64,000 bases of DNA from an uncultured Lachnospiraceae bacterium (GCA_949949005.1 CATLHM010000001.1:193491-257490), one strand, 5' to 3'; positions 38,555-49,013 are shown, numbered from the stretch's first letter. The notes: generated from the sequence alone by a model not told the origin. Numbers and translations: made by a program.

Positions 38555-38893
38555 TTATCCTTCGTTGTCATTCTGCGGCAGATCAGGAAACAGAATCCGA
38601 AGATAATCCCGTCTGCCGTAGAGAATACGGTCAATGTACACATCCTGCCCATTCACACGGTAGAAAACCATGTAATTTCCACTGGTGAGAAATCGGTAGT
38701 CGCTTTCTATCTCTGTCACAGAGGACAGCGGAGCGCCGATTTCTGAGAAATTTTCCAGTTCATCAACAGTGTCCATGATTTTGTTTACGGTGTTTTCAGC
38801 GGCTTGCGGATTACATAATTCAAAGGTAATATACTCCCAGATTTCGTCCAGATCGTTCTGGGCCTCCGGGGAGTAGTGGATGTTATTCTTCAT
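38555..38893 (-). CDS. RelE/ParE-family toxin
   Basis: YSPEAQNDLDEIWEYI; YMVFYRV; IDRILYGRRDY. Confidence 0.9.
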   Translation of the reverse strand: MKNNIHYSPEAQNDLDEIWEYITFELCNPQAAENTVNKIMDTVDELENFSEIGAPLSSVTEIESDYRFLTSGNYMVFYRVNGQDVYIDRILYGRRDYLRILFPDLPQNDNEG

Positions 38894-39143
38894 TTGCCTT
38901 TGTCCGGAAATGTGCTCTCACATCCGAGGACGAAAGCCATCCCTTTTCCTCTCCAGATTTTTTCCCTTTTGCAAGCTCGCCCATGAGCTTCAGGGTGGCC
39001 CGTGTTTTTTCATAGTCCTGCATGTCAATGATTGCATAGCGCCCGCGTCCGTTTTTGGTGAGAAAGACCGGTGCGCCCACAGATACGTCACGGAGCACAT
39101 CACTGTAATTCCTCAAATCAGAGATTGGTTTGATATTAGGCAT
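38883..39143 (-). CDS. Phd/YefM antitoxin
   Basis: MPNIKPISDLRNY; PVFLTKNGRG. Confidence 0.9.
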   Translation of the reverse strand: MPNIKPISDLRNYSDVLRDVSVGAPVFLTKNGRGRYAIIDMQDYEKTRATLKLMGELAKGKKSGEEKGWLSSSDVRAHFRTKANEE

Positions 39144-39219
39144 AATCACATTCTCCTTTCCTGCCCTTAGTATACCCTGATCTGATGTAAAATTCAACAG
39201 CATATTTTACAACAGTATT

Positions 39220-39399
39220 TTACTGAGCGCATCATATGGATTTCGAGAGGCTCCCGGTCTTGAAGAGGACGAAGCACAGCAGCACCGTGTGCCCCACGCA
39301 GGTTCAGATGGCCCCCATCAAGTCGCCGCCCGTGGCGATACCCTGCGCCAGCACGGCGTAGATCGCCATGCAGATCATGATAAGCATCCCCTGGGATCC
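39220..39399 (-). pseudogene. C-terminal remnant of a VirB6-like (CD0415/CD1112-type) conjugation protein
   Basis: QGMLIMICMAIYAVLAQGIATGGDLMGAI*TCVGHTVLLCFVLFKTGSLSKSI*; two in-frame stops; GC-rich patch in AT-rich surroundings. Confidence 0.75.
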
Positions 39400-39507
39400 T
39401 ACTATATTATATTCTAAACGGTAAATAGGAATATCATTCCAAAAAATTGTATGGATCCATACAAAAATATGCTATAATTAAATCGACAAATTGAGAACTG
39501 TGGGGAT

Positions 39508-40107
39508 ATGAAAATGAAGTGGATGATTGCATCTGATATTCATGGTTCAGAATATTTCTGCCGACAAATGCTGTCAGCATATGAAAGAGAGAGGGCAGAT
39601 CGTTTATTACTGCTCGGGGATATCCTTTATCATGGACCGAGGAATGACCTGCCTAAGGATTATGCGCCTAAGAAAGTAATCGAATTGTTAAATGCCAGGA
39701 AAAGGGACATTATATGTGTGCGCGGAAATTGTGATACAGAGGTTGATCAGATGGTATTGGATTTTCCGATTATGGCGGATTATTGTGTCATTTCCGAAGA
39801 AAATAGATTGATTTATGCCACACATGGACACTATTATAATGAACAGAATCCACCGCCCATACAGCAGGGAGATATCCTGCTGTATGGGCACACCCACATA
39901 CCCCGGTATATGGAATGTGAAGGATATATTTGCATGAATCCGGGTTCCGTTTCTATTCCCAAAGAGGGAAGCTGGCATGGGTACATGACTCTTAAAAAAG
40001 GGATATTCGTATGGAAGGATTTGGAGGGACATGAAAAAATGCGCCATCCCCAAAGAGAATTGAAATGCCGGGGCAGATTCAATGAATTGGGGAAGACAGA
40101 CAAGTGA
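39508..40107 (+). CDS. YfcE-like metallophosphoesterase
   Basis: ASDIHGS; GDILYHGPRN; VRGNCD; HGH; GHTH; NPGS. Confidence 0.92.
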   Translation: MKMKWMIASDIHGSEYFCRQMLSAYERERADRLLLLGDILYHGPRNDLPKDYAPKKVIELLNARKRDIICVRGNCDTEVDQMVLDFPIMADYCVISEENRLIYATHGHYYNEQNPPPIQQGDILLYGHTHIPRYMECEGYICMNPGSVSIPKEGSWHGYMTLKKGIFVWKDLEGHEKMRHPQRELKCRGRFNELGKTDK

Positions 40108-40158
40108 GAGATGTCTTCACTTTGCCAGTCTTTTTTGAAGGAGCTATGCGCAGCGGAA

Positions 40159-40935
40159 TCAGTTGCCGGAGCTGATTCTTTGCACTTCAAAAAATACGCC
40201 ATCCCATGGAATAATCAGAGTGTTTTCGTCCTTTATATAAAAAGTATCACCGATGCCGCTTGCATTCTCTATGGCCACTACCTGGATAGAATCTTTGAAA
40301 ATTCCCAGCGCTTCCAGACTATTGCCGTTATAGATGGATGAAAAATCATCTGCGGTCTGAGTGCTTTCGAGATATTGGGGGGAATCCAGACGGTGCTGGT
40401 CATCATATATGGCATAATCTTTAAAATATTCAAAACGGGTGCCTACCAGCGCAGAGCGCTCATCCTCTGACATGGCACTGTAGGTGCCAGAAGTTGATGT
40501 AGTTATCTGCCATGTGCCAAAATAGGAGGGGGAAGAAGAGGATACATCTGGGGACGGAGCTGCAGTTTCAGCTTCAGGTTCCGCTTTTTCGGGGACAGGC
40601 TGGAGACTGGGGGAAGATTGGGATTGGTTGGCCTCAGCCTGTGAGGGCTGTTCCTGGTCTGGTTGTTCTGGCACAGACTGATTTTGGACTTCCTGTGCTG
40701 GCACTTCCTGTAATGGCTCATTCTGTGCTGGTTCTTCCTGTGCAGGATTTTCCTTTGGGATCGGTTCTGTAACAGGAAGTATTGACTGTTGCTGGCTGTT
40801 ACTTCCGCATCCTGTTATGGTACAGGCTAAAAGCAGTATAAAGCCAGTCAGTAAAACGATAGTTTTCCGGTCAATGGCAGACAGGGAGAATTTTAACGAA
40901 CATTCTTTTTGAAATAATTTAATTGCTTTTTTCAT
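40159..40935 (-). CDS. Putative lipoprotein with a Pro/Gln/Glu-rich linker
   Basis: Hydrophobic leader ending ITGC; low-complexity linker; compact C-terminal domain. Confidence 0.7.
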   Translation of the reverse strand: MKKAIKLFQKECSLKFSLSAIDRKTIVLLTGFILLLACTITGCGSNSQQQSILPVTEPIPKENPAQEEPAQNEPLQEVPAQEVQNQSVPEQPDQEQPSQAEANQSQSSPSLQPVPEKAEPEAETAAPSPDVSSSSPSYFGTWQITTSTSGTYSAMSEDERSALVGTRFEYFKDYAIYDDQHRLDSPQYLESTQTADDFSSIYNGNSLEALGIFKDSIQVVAIENASGIGDTFYIKDENTLIIPWDGVFFEVQRISSGN

Positions 40936-41110
40936 TTGTTGTTACTCCTTATTAAAATTTTTATCTTCCAGAGTTAATTTACAGGAACAGATTAGAGATG
41001 TCAATATGCAAAAACCAGGCCGACTAAAAGTCCCAATAGAAAACAACACGTTAAAAAGCATCAGAGAAAACCGCCCGATTCCGCCGTTTGATAGTCAGAC
41101 GGTTTTTTGA

Positions 41111-41212
41111 TTATTTCGGCATTCTTTCTGATGCTGTTTCTAAAGTCAGTGCATAGGCTTTAAAGGCGATGTCTGCTATTTGTACCAATTCTTCCGTATC
41201 TTGTTCTGACAT
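41111..41212 (-). CDS. Putative 33-aa small protein
   Basis: GAAAGGT RBS; MSEQDTEELVQIADIAFKAYALTLETASERMPK; divergent from the HTH gene. Confidence 0.45.
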   Translation of the reverse strand: MSEQDTEELVQIADIAFKAYALTLETASERMPK

Positions 41213-41269
41213 ATTTTACCTTTCATTTTCCATTCTACTACCGTCTCTGTGGTCTGTCTGCAAAACTGG

Positions 41270-41285
41270 TTCCGATATATCGGAA
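41270..41285. promoter_or_regulatory. Perfect 16-bp palindrome, probable operator
   Basis: TTCCGATATATCGGAA between the divergent small ORF and the HTH gene. Confidence 0.6.
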
Positions 41286-41337
41286 ATATCAAGATTCCAG
41301 TTTCCTGGTTATACTTTTTGCATAGGGGGGATGGTGG

Positions 41338-41541
41338 ATGATAACATTTGAACCGTTCTGGCGTACTCTAAAGGAAAAGAATATCAGCGTATATGAGTTA
41401 CTGGAAAAACGCAAATTCAGCCATGGAACGTATGATAGTATAAAGAAAAATAAAAATGTGACTTTAAACACAATAGACCAGTTATGTGAGATCCTTGATT
41501 GTAAAGTTGAGGATATAGTTCAATATAAAGAGGACGAATAA
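41338..41541 (+). CDS. Cro/C1-type HTH protein
   Basis: ITFEPFWRTLKEKNISVYEL...TIDQLCEILDCKVEDI. Confidence 0.88.
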   Translation: MITFEPFWRTLKEKNISVYELLEKRKFSHGTYDSIKKNKNVTLNTIDQLCEILDCKVEDIVQYKEDE

Positions 41542-41644
41542 AAAGAGACTGTATACAATGCGCCGGTTAATTGTTAGGCTTTCCCGAAATGAATGAGACA
41601 ATTTCTGATACAGGGGGGATACTTTGAATGTGGAGGTAAATTAC

Positions 41645-42382
41645 ATGAAAATACCCAAAATGGTATTGTTTGATTATGGTCAGACGCTTATTGCAGAACA
41701 GAAGTTTGACGGGGTAAGGGGAACAGAGGCTGTCTTACAGTATGCTACGAGAAATAAGTATCATTTGTCGGCAGAGCAGGTGCAAGCTAAAGCAAATGAA
41801 ATTAATCGGGAATTCGGGAGATTTGATCCTGAGAAAAGACACTTATTTCAGATAGAGATACCCAATACTATGTTTACACCTTACCTTTATGAATCGCAGG
41901 GAATAGAGATTGCATTAAGCAACTCTGAAATTGATACCGTATTCTGGAATGCCGCTGCTCCGGGAATGCCGACAGAGGGTATCAAAGATTTTTTGGGATA
42001 TTTGAAAAACAAAGGTATCCGCACAGGTGTAATCAGCAATATTTCTTATGCTCCTTCTGTGGTTGCAGAACGTATCAACAGACTGCTTCCTGAAAATGCT
42101 TTTGAATTTATCATTACTTCAAGTAATTATATCTTCCGCAAACCAAGCAAAAGGATATTTGATTTGGCTTTGGAAAAGGCGCAGTTACAGCCGGATGAAG
42201 CCTGGTATATTGGGGATCAGTATGAATGCGATGTGAAAGGCTCCTTAAATGCCGGTCTGCAGCCGGTATGGTACATAGGGGCGATTGATCTGCCTTACAC
42301 AATGGAAGAAAAGCATTCCTTGGATAAAAATATTCTGACCGTAAAAACTTGGAGTGAATTAGAGCAGTATATGCATGTATAG
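41645..42382 (+). CDS. HAD-family hydrolase
   Basis: FDYGQTL; VISN; RKP; YIGDQYECDV. Confidence 0.88.
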   Translation: MKIPKMVLFDYGQTLIAEQKFDGVRGTEAVLQYATRNKYHLSAEQVQAKANEINREFGRFDPEKRHLFQIEIPNTMFTPYLYESQGIEIALSNSEIDTVFWNAAAPGMPTEGIKDFLGYLKNKGIRTGVISNISYAPSVVAERINRLLPENAFEFIITSSNYIFRKPSKRIFDLALEKAQLQPDEAWYIGDQYECDVKGSLNAGLQPVWYIGAIDLPYTMEEKHSLDKNILTVKTWSELEQYMHV

Positions 42383-42488
42383 TGTATACAGAGAACAGAA
42401 AATGTTGAATCAGGCACGGCGTTCCTCTATCCCTATATAGGGGGGGGGGAACAGGAATGCCGCTTTTTTATACCCATATGTTACGCCG

Positions 42489-43148
42489 TCATAAATGAAA
42501 ATTTATATTGACATTGGAAGAACTGTTACTTGAAATAACAGATAACAGGTCGGCAGGTCTCTCTAAAAAATAATCTGCCTTTATGTGCTTATTATGACTG
42601 CCCCATACTGCCAAAGCAAAATCAATTCCCGCATTTTCCGCACATTTACTGTCATATTTGCTGTCTCCGATATAGAGCGCTTCCCTGTGATCTATTTTTG
42701 ATAATTCCACATATTTCAAAAGCGGTGCGGCATTGGGTTTATGTTCCTGTGTATCGTCTGCACATATGATTGTTTTAAAATAATGGCGGATACCAAACTG
42801 GCAAAAATCATGTGCAAATTCTTCCCTTGTCCTTGAGGTGACAATCCCCATTTCACAATCCAGACTTAGAAGATTTTTTAATAGTCCGGGTATTCCGTCA
42901 AATACTTTAATGGTATCTTCATATTTACACATATTTTTTTCCCATAATTCTATTACATGGGGAATGTCTTGTATTTCAAGTTCTTTCAAAGCGTCTGTTC
43001 CGGTAATCCCTAACGCAAATTTTAGTTCAGAGCATGGTATCTCTCTTCCCGATAATACCCGTATGGTTTCCTGTAAGGAATATAAGACAGCATATTCCGT
43101 ATCAATCAGAGTACCGTCAATGTCAAAAATGATATGCTTATATTTCAT
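42489..43148 (-). CDS. HAD-family phosphatase
   Basis: FDIDGTLID; VTS; HKPN; YIGDSKYD. Confidence 0.9.
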   Translation of the reverse strand: MKYKHIIFDIDGTLIDTEYAVLYSLQETIRVLSGREIPCSELKFALGITGTDALKELEIQDIPHVIELWEKNMCKYEDTIKVFDGIPGLLKNLLSLDCEMGIVTSRTREEFAHDFCQFGIRHYFKTIICADDTQEHKPNAAPLLKYVELSKIDHREALYIGDSKYDSKCAENAGIDFALAVWGSHNKHIKADYFLERPADLLSVISSNSSSNVNINFHL

Positions 43149-43740
43149 ATTGCCGCCTTTCCTTGTCTGCATCAAAATAACGTATCACCCTGCATGGATT
43201 CCCTGCTGCAACACAATTAGGCGGGATAGGGCGGTTTACCACACTTCCGGCTCCGATCACGCTGTTTTCCCCTATGGTGACTCCCGGCAGAAGAATACAG
43301 CCGCCGCCAATCCAGACATTATTTTCTATCTCTATCGGGCGCGCAAAGGTTCTGAAAAAGGTTGTCTGGCGTTCCTTCCAATCCGGTACAAGCCTTTCCT
43401 GTGGCAGAACCGGGTGTGAGGATGTATAAATCTGCACATTTGACGCAATCAAAACCCTGTCACCAATCCGGATGGTCTTGTTATCCACAAAGGTACAATT
43501 CATATTGATGATCACATCATTTCCCAAAAAAATATTTTTTCCATAATCGCAATGAAAAGGCGTGTCGATTGCCACATTTTCCCCTATTCCACCCAACAGT
43601 TCCCGAAGAATGGAGGCGCGTTTTTCCGTATCTTCATAATCAGAAAAATAATATTCTCTTGTCAATTCCCTTGTGCGGGCGATTTGCTTTAACGTATCGC
43701 TGTCCGCAGTTTCCAAAAAATCATTTGCTTCGTAATACAT
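43138..43740 (-). CDS. Sugar O-acetyltransferase (Maa/LacA family)
   Basis: PFHCDYGKNI; hexapeptide repeats; AAGNPCRVIR. Confidence 0.92.
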   Translation of the reverse strand: MYYEANDFLETADSDTLKQIARTRELTREYYFSDYEDTEKRASILRELLGGIGENVAIDTPFHCDYGKNIFLGNDVIINMNCTFVDNKTIRIGDRVLIASNVQIYTSSHPVLPQERLVPDWKERQTTFFRTFARPIEIENNVWIGGGCILLPGVTIGENSVIGAGSVVNRPIPPNCVAAGNPCRVIRYFDADKERRQYEI

Positions 43741-43752
43741 AATATCCCTCCC

Positions 43753-44352
43753 CTAACGAAAACTGTTTTCCACAACGCCCGGAAGTAAAGTATAAATAGA
43801 ACAGCCAATCTGTTCTTCAAACAGTTCTTTAATCTCTAAAATCTTTTTCCACCGGTCTATTGTCGCCGGGTGGACGCCGTAGCGTATTGTCACGTCCACA
43901 AATCTCTTTTCCAAAAGGCAGAACCCCGTTGGCATAGCCAATGCATCACATAGCTGCACTAAACGGTCATAATCATCATATACCGCCTCTGCGACAAATT
44001 TTTTCATAAACAGGTAATCCTCATCACTGACATCAAACTCTCCGATCGAAGTATCAATATCCTGTATCATAAATGCGTGGGATATGCAGATCTGTGCAGC
44101 CTTTTCCCACCCACGCTCCATACAGTAACGATAACCGTCTATCAAATGCCTTTCCGAACTCACTCCGGCATAACGTCCAATATCGTGTAACAGCCCGAAA
44201 AGATACGCCTGTTCGGAAGATAAATCTTTACAGTGTGACGCAATGTTTTTACAGGCTTCGGCTACATACCGGGAATGGTCTGTCCATGCCCCCGGATTGG
44301 ATTCTGACGCTTCCTTTAATGCCAGTTCTGCTGTCTGGATGTTTAATTCCAT
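43753..44352 (-). CDS. HD-domain phosphohydrolase
   Basis: HSRYVA; GLLHDIGR; LCDAL. Confidence 0.88.
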   Translation of the reverse strand: MELNIQTAELALKEASESNPGAWTDHSRYVAEACKNIASHCKDLSSEQAYLFGLLHDIGRYAGVSSERHLIDGYRYCMERGWEKAAQICISHAFMIQDIDTSIGEFDVSDEDYLFMKKFVAEAVYDDYDRLVQLCDALAMPTGFCLLEKRFVDVTIRYGVHPATIDRWKKILEIKELFEEQIGCSIYTLLPGVVENSFR

Positions 44353-44425
44353 TTTAACTCCTTTCAAAGGGGCGGAGCTGGCAGATAAACCGTCAGCCCC
44401 TTTATGATAAAAATTTACAGACAAA

Positions 44426-44665
44426 TCAGCAATCCCCGGCATAATATGAAACAATGTTCATATAGTCCGTTGGGGTGGGGATTTCTAAAACAAGCCGCAG
44501 GCAGTTTTTGTTTTGGAAGTACTGCTGCCATAAACTTTCCTGTATCTTTTCTTCCCCATTGATGTCCAGTTTTTTACCGTCCGGGCAGAGCATATTTATT
44601 TTGCCGGTACAGGCATTGACCGTATCTAAAAAATTTTTCATGTCCAGAATGTTCAGCTTTAACAC
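44426..44665 (-). CDS. Small hypothetical protein, 79 aa
   Basis: GTG start after GGAGGTG; LKLNILDMKNFLDTVNACTG. Confidence 0.65.
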   Translation of the reverse strand: MLKLNILDMKNFLDTVNACTGKINMLCPDGKKLDINGEEKIQESLWQQYFQNKNCLRLVLEIPTPTDYMNIVSYYAGDC

Positions 44666-44774
44666 TTTGCACTCACCTCCTGTGGCGGTGCGCCGCACCA
44701 GCGACGCATGTAAGTTTACTTTACAGGTATCATTATAATGCAAGGTGCGTAGGAAAAATATTTCATTTCTGCCC

Positions 44775-45686
44775 TTATCTATCACTATTCTGCCATTTCC
44801 TCCGATATTCTGTGGGCGAACAATGTGCATATTCCCGAAAAACTTTTCCGAAATAACTGCTGCTCCCCAAACCGCAGTCATGGCTGATAACGGTAACAGA
44901 TGCCTGTCCCTTTGCCAACATCTGACAGGCGGCTTGCAGACGGTAAGCCTTTATATACTCTACGGGTGTCATGTGCAGACAGTCGTGGAATACCCTATAA
45001 CACTCCCGTTCGCTTAGGTATGCTGCCGACGCAAGCTCAGGGATAGAGATTTTCTCCCCGTAATGCTCATGAATGTATATCATCATCAACTTTATTTTAT
45101 CGTTGCTTTTGTTATGTTCTCCTTTCTTTTCACGCATAGGGCGGGAGAGTTCAAAAAGCATTAGCCATATTTCCGTCAGGGCTTCCCGCAGTTTTATTTC
45201 ATATCCAAATTCATCACCGGACAAACGAAATGATGCGGCAATAAGTCTCAAAATCCTTTCTTCCGCTGCATTGCCCGGAAAAAGCGGGATTACCTCAACC
45301 TGCGGGGCGGTTATGACAGGCGCAATATATTTTTGCCAGATCCTGCTTCCCTGTTCCCCGGCAAGCAGGGAAACATCGAAAATGTGAAGCAGCTGTATAT
45401 TCTTTTCTCCCTGTGATATTGCTTTTGTCATATGGAGTACATTGGAATTTACTATGCCGCCGCTTCCGGCAGGAAACAATAGCTTTCCCCCCGGCGTATG
45501 ATATTCAAGGCTGCCGCTTTCCATGTAAAAAAGTTCCACCGCCTTGTGCCAGTGCCACGGCACATAGCGCCCTATGTACTTGTCAAGTTCTGCCCTCGAA
45601 GCGATATAGGGAAAATCTTTTTCAAAACCGGGAAGCAATTCTTCTTTGCTTCCGGTATGAAATTCAATGCTATGGATATTTTTCAT
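44775..45686 (-). CDS. Cupin-AraC transcriptional regulator
   Basis: PWHWH cupin motif; CGLGSSSYFGKVFREYAHCSPTEYR. Confidence 0.92.
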   Translation of the reverse strand: MKNIHSIEFHTGSKEELLPGFEKDFPYIASRAELDKYIGRYVPWHWHKAVELFYMESGSLEYHTPGGKLLFPAGSGGIVNSNVLHMTKAISQGEKNIQLLHIFDVSLLAGEQGSRIWQKYIAPVITAPQVEVIPLFPGNAAEERILRLIAASFRLSGDEFGYEIKLREALTEIWLMLFELSRPMREKKGEHNKSNDKIKLMMIYIHEHYGEKISIPELASAAYLSERECYRVFHDCLHMTPVEYIKAYRLQAACQMLAKGQASVTVISHDCGLGSSSYFGKVFREYAHCSPTEYRRKWQNSDR

Positions 45687-45949
45687 GTCTATTCACCTGC
45701 ATATCTGGGATTTGGTATATTTGTTGAATTAAATATACGGGAATAGCTTTGTGATTGTCAATCAATAAAGGGCGTTTTATGTAACTATAGAAAACAGACA
45801 ATGATTGATACTGAAAGAAATGGGATGTGGCAATTCCATTTTTAATTCTATCTCCTCCTTCTCCAACAAACTTTTAACCTGGTTTCGGGATCCACTGCCT
45901 TCTATGATTTCATGCTGTTTAACCAAACCATAGTGCAGTTCTGTTAAAA

Positions 45950-46882
45950 TTATTCTAGTTCGCCTTGGGCAAACAGATTATCTTTTCCCATGCCGCATAC
46001 AAACGGATTAGAGTCATATAAATGGCAAAAATCCAAAAAATCAGAACGCTGTTTTGAATCATTCATAATCTTTACAAGCAATTCATTCGGAAGTGTCCTT
46101 GCATAGGCACCGGGACCTGCCAGTTTAATATTCTTTACGCCGTAAGTTTTGAGTATATCCACTAATTCATCGGGCATAAAAGTGTATGTGATGCACCATG
46201 GCGTACCGCCATCTTCATACGTGGCAATCTCACTATCCCCTCCCATAAGCCCTTCCTTGTACAGATTCATAACAGAATCTTTGCTGAAATGAAAGGATTC
46301 AACTGCATTTGCCTTATTATCAATGCACCATTTTACAAACGGGTCCTCACAGGTTTCATCCAATATGAATTGGTTTTTTTGTATCGGATTTGCCAAATAT
46401 GGAAGATAGCCCAAACGGCTTGATACACTTAGCATAATTCGTTTGCGGCAGATTCGTATGAGTTCACCAATAACTTTTTTCTGATTGGGATAAGTATACG
46501 AAATAGGAGCATCAAAGGAAATCACCAGATCAAAGGACTTGTCATTGAAATCTTTCAAATCTTCCAATGCGCCTTTCACAAAGGTTATTTTGTCAAGAAC
46601 TCCATCTTTTTTCGCCAATTCCTTTGCTTTATCTATCATAGGCTGTGATATATCAAAATGTGTAACTGCACAGCCTTTTTTTGCAAGAAGAATGGAAAAT
46701 CTTCCACATCCTGCACCGCCGTCAAACACCGTCTTTATTCCATCCAAATGGCAGAGCAGCTCCTTTTCTATATGACTTTTTTGGATAATATCGTCAATAA
46801 AGGTTTCCTCCCGGTGGCTTTCCAATTCACCTTTATCCGGCATATTCCACAAGCGCTCCGATATTTTTCTGCTATAATCCAT
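45950..46882 (-). CDS. Class I SAM-dependent methyltransferase
   Basis: VFDGGAGCGRFS; FDISQPM; SFDLVI. Confidence 0.85.
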   Translation of the reverse strand: MDYSRKISERLWNMPDKGELESHREETFIDDIIQKSHIEKELLCHLDGIKTVFDGGAGCGRFSILLAKKGCAVTHFDISQPMIDKAKELAKKDGVLDKITFVKGALEDLKDFNDKSFDLVISFDAPISYTYPNQKKVIGELIRICRKRIMLSVSSRLGYLPYLANPIQKNQFILDETCEDPFVKWCIDNKANAVESFHFSKDSVMNLYKEGLMGGDSEIATYEDGGTPWCITYTFMPDELVDILKTYGVKNIKLAGPGAYARTLPNELLVKIMNDSKQRSDFLDFCHLYDSNPFVCGMGKDNLFAQGELE

Positions 46883-47201
46883 AAATTAGTCTCCTTTACT
46901 GGCTATAATAATCGTTGCATTGCCATACAATCAGTTTATTGTAATCAAACTGTCATTTTCTTTGTGATATAGCGTAGCATATTTTAATCTCGCCCTCCAC
47001 CTCACGCTTTTTTATAAAAAAATATGAGCCACTATCAGGTAGCTGCAATAATGTGCGGTAAATACTTTGGAGCGGCTCACATTTTCATTCGTTTTTGCGG
47101 CAAGCTGTTTTGAGGGATGTTTTGTTGCGGATTTTTTGGGTCACTGATATAATATTTCCAAGGTGACGAAACTTAATTTTTAGACAGGAGCTGATATTAT
47201 A

Positions 47202-48323
47202 ATGGGAGAACAAAATCTGGAACTGATCAATAAGAAGATAAAAGATGCGGCGGAAACATTATGTGAGGATTGGGCCAGAAGTGATCGGTTTAGCGGCGTA
47301 TGTATGGTAAAATGCAAGGGACATACCGTATTTTCAGGGGCATATGGTTTTGCAAACCGGGCATTTAAGATAGCCAACAAAATCGACACGAAGTTTGATA
47401 CGGCGTCGATTACGAAACTGTTTACGGCAGCAGCCATTTTACAGTTGGTACAGGAGAAAAAACTGAAACTGTCAGATCGCATAACCCAAATGATTGACCT
47501 GGAAGGAACGGAAATTTCTCCTGATGTTACAATCGAGCAGCTATTGAACCATACGTCCGGTATTCATGATGATGCGGAAGAGGAGGCGGGAGAACAATAT
47601 TCCGAGCTTTTTGTCGCATCACCTAATTATGCAATCAGGGAATGCAGGGATTTTTTGAAAAATTTTGCTTATAAGAAGCCTAATTTTGAACCGGGTTCGG
47701 ACGTCCGGTATTGTAACTGCTCCTTTGTTTTGCTGGGGCTTGCCATAGAAAAAATTACAGGTAAAGGTTATCGGGAATACGTGACTGATAATGTGTTTCG
47801 GAAAGCGGGAATGAGAAATACAGCTTTTTTAGCAATGGACTCTGTTAATGAAAATACGGCTGAAGGTTATCTGAACTTATACAATGAAGACGGCAGGGTG
47901 ATCGGATATAAGAAAAATATTTACTGTTTTCCGCCTATAGGAACGCCGGATGCAGGGGCCTATACAACGGCGGAAGATATGAATCTTTTTTTGAACGCGG
48001 TACAAAAGAAGATCCTGCTGGACGATGCTCATGCAAAGCTGCTTCTTACGGCCCACTGCCCATATACGCGGGAAAAAGAGTGGTGGGGAATTCCCGGATT
48101 ATATGAAAGGAACGGTTATGCGTTTGAGTTTCTTTTCCTGCCAGAGAGTAAAGAGCCTTTCTGTATCTATAAAGACGGGCAGAATGATGGCGTTGCCGCC
48201 AGATTTAACTATTATCCGAAAGAAGATATATCGGTGACGATCCTGTCTAACCAGGATTGCGACGTGTGGTATATGGCAAGGCAGATACAGATGGAAATAT
48301 ATAGCGCGTATTATTTGAGCTGA
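47202..48323 (+). CDS. Beta-lactamase-family (class C-like) serine hydrolase
   Basis: ASITK SxxK motif; LLNHTSG; YCN. Confidence 0.88.
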   Translation: MGEQNLELINKKIKDAAETLCEDWARSDRFSGVCMVKCKGHTVFSGAYGFANRAFKIANKIDTKFDTASITKLFTAAAILQLVQEKKLKLSDRITQMIDLEGTEISPDVTIEQLLNHTSGIHDDAEEEAGEQYSELFVASPNYAIRECRDFLKNFAYKKPNFEPGSDVRYCNCSFVLLGLAIEKITGKGYREYVTDNVFRKAGMRNTAFLAMDSVNENTAEGYLNLYNEDGRVIGYKKNIYCFPPIGTPDAGAYTTAEDMNLFLNAVQKKILLDDAHAKLLLTAHCPYTREKEWWGIPGLYERNGYAFEFLFLPESKEPFCIYKDGQNDGVAARFNYYPKEDISVTILSNQDCDVWYMARQIQMEIYSAYYLS

Positions 48324-48383
48324 CCGGGAACTCCCCTGTAAAGCCGGAAAGTAATCGCACTATCAGTCAAACTATAGAAACTG

Positions 48384-48815
48384 TCAAATGCCTCTCCTTT
48401 TGGCCTCATCCATTAGCTTGGGCTGAATCAGAGGATAAGTCCAATTATCAATTAATTTGTCCGTAATCAAAATACTTTCTATTTCGCTGTGTATTTCTTC
48501 AAAAGAAAAGATATCCGCAACGAAAAGCATCCCAAATGTTTCGTCCTCATCACTCTTATTTATACTTGTTTTTCCTTTTACAGAGTAGATGCAGACCGGT
48601 TTGATGGAAAAATCCACTGCCCCAGTTTCCTCTCTCAGCTCCCGCCTGGCAGTGGCCAAAATGTCCTCGCCTATTTCCCGGTGTCCACCGGGAACTTCGT
48701 AGGTATCCCGTTCCCTGTGTTTACAAAATACCCATTTACCCTTTGTCCTGGAAATAATGACCGCAAATTTAAGCAGTTTATCGTCCACATGGTCGTGGAA
48801 TTTTACTTCTACCAT
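48384..48815 (-). CDS. NUDIX hydrolase
   Basis: GGHREIGEDILATARRELREETG Nudix box. Confidence 0.92.
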   Translation of the reverse strand: MVEVKFHDHVDDKLLKFAVIISRTKGKWVFCKHRERDTYEVPGGHREIGEDILATARRELREETGAVDFSIKPVCIYSVKGKTSINKSDEDETFGMLFVADIFSFEEIHSEIESILITDKLIDNWTYPLIQPKLMDEAKRRGI

Positions 48816-49013
48816 TTCGCTATGCCTCCTTAGAGCGTGTTTGAAAAATCATTCCTATTATACATCAAAAATATCTGCCTGGTAAGGCTCTATTTTTTAA
48901 TTAAAACCGCAAAATTCAGGAATGTGACTAGCGGGCAGCTTGGAGATATTTTTCACCTGTCACAGGCAAGTATCAGGAGGATCCTGGCAAAGGAGAGGAG
49001 GAGGCATCAGAAC

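Noticed and set aside
38061-38746. Plus-strand ORFs 38061-38330 and 38444-38746
   Set aside because: No RBS or motifs; AT-rich intergenic sequence or antisense to the toxin gene
42440-42448. Poly-G tract as a phase-variation site
   Set aside because: Lies between convergent genes inside a terminator-like hairpin
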